From an uncultured Fibrobacterota bacterium (GTDB lineage: Bacteria; Fibrobacterota; Chitinivibrionia; Chitinivibrionales; FEN-1185), in assembly GCA_963729895.1 (NCBI GenBank), contig CAVSQB010000012.1, forward strand, positions 75,998 through 139,997: DNA of 64,000 nucleotides, written 5' to 3'. Made by a program: the position numbers and the translations under genes. The notes below the pieces were generated by a model. That model saw only the letters and a list, made by a program, of their open reading frames with translations, searched no databases and had not been told where the DNA came from. Within the stretch, counting starts at the first letter, position 1, and every line of letters starts with the position of its first letter. Positions 57,159 to 64,000 of the stretch are shown in pieces.

Positions 57159-59576
57159 TCATTTCATGAGAGAAATGATCTTTTCCTGATGATAACCTCC
57201 GGCCCTGAACGCAACAAGGTACAGCCCGGCGGCAAGATTGCCTCTTTGCACGATCAACTCATGGTATCCCCTATCCTCAAACTTGTTCAAAAGCTCAGAC
57301 TGGATTTGCCCGTTGATCCTGTACAGTCGCAGGGAGACATGCCCGGCACTCGGCAGCATATACGTTACCTTCACCAATGCGTGACCGTCTAGGTTGGTTA
57401 TTAACAAGCTGACATTGTCTAAACCGGAAGGCCGTAGGACCGGTTGCGCCACGGAAGATTGATACAGGCTGTCAAACTGGGCAAAATAGGGCAGCCCAAG
57501 CCCTTGGCCGATTCTCGTGAAGTCCCCTCCCGCATAGAGAGTCGTGCCGTCCAAGGCGAGTGATTGCACCGTATTGTCAGCATTTGGATTCCACGCCAAA
57601 GCATTCGCCGTAATCGCGTCCAATGCGGCGATGTAGTTGCGGTTCTGTCCGCCAATTCCAGTAAAGTAACCTCCGCAGTATACTGTTGTCCCGCTCACAG
57701 CAAGTGAATGGACAAAGCTATTCGCATTCGGGTTCCATGCCGTCGCATTCCCTGTTATCGTATCCAGTGCAGCGATGTAGTTGCGGCTCTGGCCTCCAAC
57801 CCCGGTGAAAGCTCCACCGGCATATACTGTTGCTCCGCTTGCAGCCAGCACTAGGACATCGCCGCTCGCATTTGGGTTCCACGCCAGGACATTCCCTGTC
57901 GTGGCATCCAACGCCGAGATATTATTGCGTTTTTGACCGCCAATGCTGTTGAAATGCCCTCCTGCATAAACCGTTGCCCCGCTTACCAGGAGTGAAGTGA
58001 CCTCGCAGCCGCCGTTTGTATTGTCCACATTCGGGTTCCAGGGTAAGGCATTCCCCGTCGTCGCGTCCAGTGCGGCAATTTTGCTACGGCTCTGGCCGCC
58101 TATGTAAGAAAAGTACCCTCCGGCATAAACCGTACTCCCGCTCGCCGCAAGAGAAATAACCGTATTGCTTGCAATCGGGTTCCAGTCCAGAACGTTCCCC
58201 GATGCCGCATCCAAAGCGGCGACAAAGTTACGGCTATGCCCTCCGATGCTGAGAAAGTACCCTCCAACATATACCGTTGTCCCGTTCACTGCGAGCGCAT
58301 AGACAGTGCCGCCCGCATTCGGGTTCCAGTCCAGGGCATTTCCTGTTGTCGCATCCAATGCTGCAATACGGTTGCGGCTTTGACTGCCAACGCTGGTAAA
58401 GCAGCCTCCGCCATAAACCGTTGCCCCGCTCACGGCAAGTGAAAGCACAGCGCCGTTCGCATTCGGGTTCCAGTCCAAGGCATTCCCTGTTGTCACATTC
58501 AATGCGGCAAGACAGTTACGATTCTGGCCGCCAATCCTGGTGAACCACCCTCCAGCGTATACCGCCGTGCCGTCCATGGCGAGTGAAAAGACAGCACTGT
58601 CCCCATCCGGGTTCCATGCTAAGGCATTACCTGTTGTTGCATCCAATGCGGCTATATAATTGCGGTTGAGCCCGCCAATCCTGGTAAAACGTCCTCCCGC
58701 ATATACCGTCGTCCCGCTCACTGCGAGCGAATACACCACGCTGTCCGGACTCGGGTTCCAACCCAAGGCATTCCCTGTTGTCACATCCAGCGCGGCGGCA
58801 CACGTGCGGTTTTGCCCGGCAATCGCGGTGAAATACCCTCCGGCATACACCGTACTCCCGCTCACCGCAAGTGAACGAACGCTGGCGTTCGCATCCGGGT
58901 TCCACGGCAACGCATTCCCAGTTGTCGGATCTAACGCGGCAATGCGGCCACGGCTCTGGCCGCCGATGTTTTGGAAACTCCCGCCTGCGTATACCGTTGA
59001 TCCGCTCACCGTGAGCGAGAAAACTGCACTGTCCGCATTCGGGTCCCAACCGAGGGCATTTCCTGTTGTCACATCCAATACTGCAATACGGTTTCGACTC
59101 TGACCGCCAATACTGTGGAAATTTCCTCCTGCATAAATCATCGACCCGCTTACGGCCAGTGAAAAGACGGCGCTGTCCGCGTTTGGGTTCCAGCCGGGGT
59201 CCACGGCTCCATTGGATAAGATATGTGAAATATTTTTGCATGCCATGCCATTGATGGATGTGAATACACCACCGACAAACCATCCGCCCTTGCCGTCAGA
59301 GCAAGCTGCATAGACAGTTCCACTGATTCTAGGAAATCCGGACACAGGTGCGCCCGTTGAAGTGGAAAGGGGGACTCCGCCGCCTGTGTAAGGCCCCACG
59401 TTGGTAAAACTGCCGCCGATGTAAACTTTTCCCCCGGCAGCAGCAACGGCCAGCACCGTACCATTGGTAACCCATGTGCCCTGCCTGCACGTATCAGATG
59501 GCTGGGCGGCCGGAAGGGTCATTGCCAAGACAAGCGTAATCGTCGCAATTTTCACAATACCATTCCTTTTGCCCAT
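57159..59576 (-). CDS. Secreted beta-propeller repeat protein with T9SS-like C-terminal sorting domain
   Basis: Signal peptide; ~12 near-perfect 48-aa repeats WNP.A...V.SLAVSG.TVYAGG.F..IGGQ.RN.IAALD.TTGNAL; tail V.LRLY.ING...LAAG.YLV. Confidence 0.85.
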   Translation of the reverse strand: MGKRNGIVKIATITLVLAMTLPAAQPSDTCRQGTWVTNGTVLAVAAAGGKVYIGGSFTNVGPYTGGGVPLSTSTGAPVSGFPRISGTVYAACSDGKGGWFVGGVFTSINGMACKNISHILSNGAVDPGWNPNADSAVFSLAVSGSMIYAGGNFHSIGGQSRNRIAVLDVTTGNALGWDPNADSAVFSLTVSGSTVYAGGSFQNIGGQSRGRIAALDPTTGNALPWNPDANASVRSLAVSGSTVYAGGYFTAIAGQNRTCAAALDVTTGNALGWNPSPDSVVYSLAVSGTTVYAGGRFTRIGGLNRNYIAALDATTGNALAWNPDGDSAVFSLAMDGTAVYAGGWFTRIGGQNRNCLAALNVTTGNALDWNPNANGAVLSLAVSGATVYGGGCFTSVGSQSRNRIAALDATTGNALDWNPNAGGTVYALAVNGTTVYVGGYFLSIGGHSRNFVAALDAASGNVLDWNPIASNTVISLAASGSTVYAGGYFSYIGGQSRSKIAALDATTGNALPWNPNVDNTNGGCEVTSLLVSGATVYAGGHFNSIGGQKRNNISALDATTGNVLAWNPNASGDVLVLAASGATVYAGGAFTGVGGQSRNYIAALDTITGNATAWNPNANSFVHSLAVSGTTVYCGGYFTGIGGQNRNYIAALDAITANALAWNPNADNTVQSLALDGTTLYAGGDFTRIGQGLGLPYFAQFDSLYQSSVAQPVLRPSGLDNVSLLITNLDGHALVKVTYMLPSAGHVSLRLYRINGQIQSELLNKFEDRGYHELIVQRGNLAAGLYLVAFRAGGYHQEKIISLMK

Positions 59577-59689
59577 GCTTCTCGAGCGGACTTTTACTTT
59601 GCCGTCAAGAAGGACATTGCGAGACACTCTCATATTATCCCATGCGCCGTTCCAAATATCAACAAATCAATTTCGAGAGCGAATTGCCG

Positions 59690-60990
59690 CATTGCCTCAA
59701 ATTAAATGTAACCGAAGGCTTAATCGAAACACGCACCAATTGATTCGTTGCCTCATAATTAAGGTAACCCAAGAAAAAAGGGGGTTACCACTATGGGGCA
59801 CAAAGAAAAAGAAGCATATCGGGAAGCGATACGACAACGATATGCCCATTCCAACAGAGCCGGCAAAAAGCAGATTCTCGATGAGTTTTGTGCGATTTGC
59901 CGATACAATCGCAAGTACGCTATCCGGCTACTTGGAAAACGCAAACAGAAACAAAAAGCCAAGCGTGGAAGAAGACCCTTATATGCTGAACCGCTTTTTA
60001 TTAAGGCGTTACAGTACATCTGGAAAGCCTCTGATTTCATGTGCTCTCGCCGCCTTAAGGTTGTCATTCCAGTATGGCTGCCATTCTACGAACAATCCTT
60101 TGAACTGCTTTCCGAGGAAGTCCGTGCGCGGCTCCTCTCTGTCAGCCGCTCCACGCTTGACCGCGTCCTATGCCCTTTACGTACGCGTATGGGCAAGGGA
60201 TTGTGCGGCACCAAGCCCGGCTCCATGCTGCGCAATCAAATCCCCATCCGTACCGACAACTGGGATATTACCCAGCCTGGATTCATGGAGGCGGATACGG
60301 TTGCCCATTGCGGCACCAGCCTTGCCGGAGAATTTGTGTGGAGCCTTATCATGACTGACATCCATACTGCTTGGACCGAAGGCCGTGCTGTGTGGAATAA
60401 GGGCTCCCAGGGTGTCATTGAGCAGGTTAAAGACATCGAACGACGAATACCTTTTGCCCTGCGTGGCTTTGACTGTGATAACGGGTCCGAGTTCCTCAAC
60501 TATCATCTCGAACGCTACTTCGCCGTGCGACAAGACCCTGTAAAGTTCACCCGGTCACGTCCCTACAAGAAAAACGACAACGCCCATGTCGAACAGAAAA
60601 ACTGGGCGCAGGCCAAGCACATGCTTGGTTATGATCGGATCGAAAACCCCGACACGCTTCCCCTCATTAACGACCTCTATGCCAACGAGTGGTCTCTCTA
60701 TCAAAACCACTTCTGTCCATCGCTGAAACTCAAATCTAAAATCCGGATAGGATCTCGATACCGCAAGACCTATGAAGAACCGAAAACTCCCTATCAAAGA
60801 ATCGTTGAATCACCTTACATAGCTTCAGAAGTCAAGCAAAGCCTTGAACTGACCCACCGTGCTCTCAATCCATTCCAATTAAAAAAGACTATCGAAAGAA
60901 AACTCAAAACCATTTTCAACCTTGTTACGGTTACCTCATTTGTGAGGCATCGAATCTGACCCTTCGGTTACCTTTTATTATGAGGCAACA
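59690..60990 (+). mobile_element. DDE integrase-core IS (ISNCY/IS481-like) with transposase 59793-60959; left boundary approximate
   Basis: PGF.EADTVAHCG, DCDNGSEFLN, SRPYKKNDNAHVEQKN; inverted TTGCCTCA..T.A..GTAACC motifs, two copies at each end. Confidence 0.8.
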
Positions 60991-61054
60991 CGTTGCGCAG
61001 GTTCCTGAAAGATCGGATACTATTGGGGGACTTGAAGAAAATGCGGGACAAATG

Positions 61055-61109
61055 AAAAAAGCCCAATAACCGCGAAATTTACTCAAATTTCGCGGTTATT
61101 AAGGCTTTT
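61055..61109 (-). terminator. Rho-independent terminator downstream of tRNA fragment
   Basis: Perfect 16-bp stem AATAACCGCGAAATTT/AAATTTCGCGGTTATT (61065-61100) followed by T-run on minus strand. Confidence 0.8.
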
Positions 61110-61113
61110 AAAA

Positions 61114-61171
61114 TGGTGGAGCTGGACGGGTTCGAACCGACGGCCCCCAGACTGCCAGCCTGATGCTCTCC
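61114..61171 (-). other. 3' fragment of tRNA-Ala(GGC): att site of an integrated element
   Basis: GGAGAGCATCAGGCT-GGC-AGTCTGGGGGCCGTCGGTTCGAACCCGTCCAGCTCCACCA; 5' acceptor strand and D-stem start absent; adjacent to integrase. Confidence 0.85.
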
Positions 61172-61190
61172 TTTTGCTTTTTCTTGTATC

Positions 61191-61874
61191 TCAATTACTT
61201 GCAACTATCGGCTCCGGTGAGTGTACAAACGAGTGTACCAATTTCGGCTTAAATTGGACGCTTTCAAGCACTCTCTTACTTGATAGATGATAATAGCGGT
61301 TTAGCATGTCCGTTTTCCAGTTCGCTATTTCCCGCACTACCCTTTCCGGCGTGCCTGCGTCGATTAATTCCGTTGCCGATATATGCCGTAGATCGTGAAA
61401 ATGGAAGTCGCCTATGCCCGCAAGCCGTTTTACTCTCTGCCAGGACTTCTTAAAATCACCAAGCCCGAAATATCGACCATGCTCAAAACGATAGAACAGA
61501 TATTCACTCTCTGCCGGTATGGTCCGAAAGTATTGTACCATGTCCGGTGGAATTGGAATAAATGTTCCCCGGTTGTTTTTTGTGGTGCCGTTGCGCAATC
61601 TGATGACGTTATTGATAAGGTCCAATGAATCTTTTTTCAAATTCACCAATTCATTTTTTCTTATCGGTATCATCATTGCAAATTCGACGGCAGGCTTTAA
61701 ATGAGGTGCAAACATTTCCAGTGTATTAAGCAATCGTAAGTTTTCTTCTTCCGATAGAATTCTATCACGACCAACCTCTTGTATTTTTGTAAACCTATTA
61801 AGCGGGTTCCGCTCGATCAATTCAAATTTCACCGCAAAATTGCAAATGATTTTTGCATACCCGATATATCGGTT
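61191..61874 (-). pseudogene. Tyrosine integrase, C-terminal part, interrupted by IS4
   Basis: IRKNEL (R), TKN (K), FHDLRH (HxxR), NWK, RYYH (Y); frame continues upstream as NRYIGYAK...NFAV to the IS end at 61875. Confidence 0.85.
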
Positions 61875-62721
61875 CAGTAGTGTCCGGTTAAATTGACAAC
61901 AAGAGAAGGGCTACCAACCTATTTTTATCGTTGAAGGTTTAGTTTTTGACGATTAAAAAGAGGAGGCAGCCCTTGAACAGAAGAAATACAATATTCAATC
62001 AGATAACGCAACTGTTGAATCGGAAGGGATTCTGGCGCATTGTTAATCGGTACGAAGGAGACAGGTACGTAAAGAGCATGACCTGCTGGCAGGAGATGCA
62101 GATTTTGCTCTTTTCGCTGGTAAAGGATTTGGTCAGCTTTCGGGATGTAGAAGCGTGTCTGAAGAGCAATGCGGATAAGTGGGAACATATTGGTCTTGCG
62201 AGTGTAGCCCGCAGTACACTGGCAGATGCACTCGCTCTCCGGCCATACAAGATGTTTGAAGATCTTTTCTATCAGTTTCTGGATAAATGCCAGCGATTGG
62301 CACCTCGTCATGACTTTCGGGTAAAGGTTCCGGTATTTACGCATGATTCAACCTTGATCAGCGTATGTCTGTCATCGTTTCCATGGGCACGGTATCGCAG
62401 GCGCAAAGGTGGATTGAAACTTCATATGCTTCTGGACCATGACGGTTACCTACCGTCGTTTATCCGGATGACGGACGGGAAAGTCCATGACATTCGGGTG
62501 GTGAAAGATGCCGAATATGATTTTCCTGCGCTTCCGCCGGACAGCATCCTCACCATTGATCGAGGCTACACAGATTTTGGCTGGCTTCATTCACTGCATA
62601 CGACTGGTGTTACATTCGTGATCCTGGCAAAATCCAACATGGCATATCATCTTGTCGGACAGCACAAAGAACCGAACGTAAGACGCGGAATTATCCGTGA
62701 TCAGGAAGTCGAAATGTCGAA
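61875..62721 (+). mobile_element. IS4-family (DUF4372-type) IS, transposase from 61973, truncated by IS21 insertion
   Basis: End CAGTAGTGTCCGGTTAAA; F.Q..., Y.GDRYVK..TCW, RSTLADA, DSTLI, KLH, DRGY.DF. Confidence 0.85.
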
Positions 62722-64000
62722 TGCCCGATCCCACTCAAAATGACCGTTTAATCCCACGTTAAATGACCGGTCAATCCCAGTTAATTTGACCGGCAAATCC
62801 CACTGAAAATGACCGCTGAATCCCAGGTTATTTGACCGGACGATTTTTTACGGAAGGCGTTGCGGATTGTGCCATATTCGGTCTTCTTTCAAACCATGAA
62901 AGGGGACCGTATGAGCAGGGAGCGAACGTCTATGCGTAAAATTCGACTGGTTCTGGAATACCGCTTATCGAAAAACATCAGTGCCGAACAGACAGCCCTG
63001 GCGCTGTCGTTATCCAAAGGCAGCGTGATAAACTACCTTGATCGGTTCGACCGGTCGAAGCTGCCGTGGCCATTACCGGACACGTTGACAGACACGGCTC
63101 TTGAACAAGCCTTGTTTCCGCCCGTGGCACCGTCTCCTTTGAAAGCCTCATCGCTATTGCCAGACATAGCCTACCTTGAGAAAGAACTTGCCCGACCGCA
63201 CGTTACTCTGCAACGCCTTTGGGAAGAGTACCAGGACCAACATCCCGATAGTTTGAGCCGTTCGGCATTTTATCGTTTTGTCGCTCGCAATCGTCCGCAT
63301 TCGGTAACCATGCACATGGTGCACAAAGGCGGCGACAAGGTATTCGTTGATTATTCCGGCGATGGCCTTGAATATATCGAACGATCAACCGGAGAAATTA
63401 TCCCGCTTGAACTCTTTGTCTGTGCCTGGGGTGCCAGCAGTTACGCCTATGCGGAAGCCACCCGTACGCAACAGGTCTCTGATTTTGTGCAGTCGCATGT
63501 TCGGGGTCTTGCCTATTTCGGTGTTGCCCCGAACGCGTTTGTCCCCGACAACCTGAAGAGCGGCGTGAAGAAACCGGATCGATATGATCCGATTGCAAAC
63601 CCGCTTTATGAGAAAATGGCCGATCATTACGGCGTGGCCATACTGCCTGCCCGCATACGAAAACCCCAGGACAAGGCTGTTGCGGAAAGCAGTGTGCTTC
63701 ACATCCAGCGATTTATCCTTGCCCGTCTCCGCGACCGCCAGTTCTTCTCCATCGACGAGGTCAATGATGCGATCAGAGAAGAGCTCGACCTTTTTAACAA
63801 CCGCCCCATGAAAGACTATGGCGGAAAAACACGCAGACAACGCTTTGATGAACTCGACCGGCCGAATGCAAAGGCGCTGCCCACCGAACGGTTTAAAATA
63901 TCGCGTGTCGCTCTTGGTGTCCGCGTCGCGCCCAACTATCACGTCTGCTTCGAAAAACACTACTACAGCGTTCCGCACCATCTTGCCAGATGCTATGTCG
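62722..64000 (+). mobile_element. istA: IS21-family element, left end and istA (62911 to window end)
   Basis: TG-start end with five 23-bp-period ATCCCA..N..TGACCG repeats (62728, 62751, 62774, 62797, 62820); LPWPLP, GDKVFVDYSG, GASSYAYAEA, VPDNLKSGV, KPQDKAVAE. Confidence 0.9.

Noticed and set aside
57500..59200. Diversity-generating retroelement target in the propeller repeats
   Set aside because: No reverse transcriptase or non-coding template repeat in the window; repeats are in-frame coding units
61114..61190. Intact tRNA-Ala gene
   Set aside because: 5' acceptor strand and D-stem start are replaced by A-rich sequence; treated as an att fragment
62728..62839. Five 23-bp-period repeats resembling a mini CRISPR array or iterons
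   Set aside because: No unique spacers and no cas genes; they lie in the IS21 left end upstream of istA, where multiple transposase-binding repeats are typical

Overview
Bacterial chromosomal window of moderately high GC. The T9SS-like C-terminal sorting domain and the overall gene content suggest an FCB-group organism, possibly Fibrobacterota/Chitinivibrionia; this is inference. A canonical-looking dif site at 7267-7294 suggests the window spans the replication terminus. From left to right it contains: housekeeping genes (tkt, Kef antiporter, dus); a cobalamin-riboswitch-controlled B12 uptake operon; a gmk/FHA-ABC/Ser-Thr kinase operon; a ~15 kb signalling plus lipid-biosynthesis cluster (hybrid HK, SRPBCC-PilZ-PilZ, cyanobacterial-type acyl-ACP reductase homologue, ACP, atypical AMP ligase, B12 radical SAM, ThDP enzyme, 1700-aa STK-AAA-GAF-HK); a DUF547/TIGR04283/TIGR04282 glycosyltransferase cluster; an SOS mutagenesis region (dinB, DUF72, imuB-like, dnaE2, lexA); a secreted beta-propeller repeat protein; and the edge of an integrative element at a tRNA-Ala att site, whose integrase is hit by nested IS4/IS21. 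In the SOS region, dnaE2-imuB is bracketed by two copies of an unrecognised covarying structured element. Eight IS elements are present, and ends or target duplications are readable for most. The best candidates for something new are the acyl-ACP reductase/ThDP/PilZ signalling cluster and the structured repeat pair around the mutasome. All family assignments come from motif recognition by eye, not from database searches.
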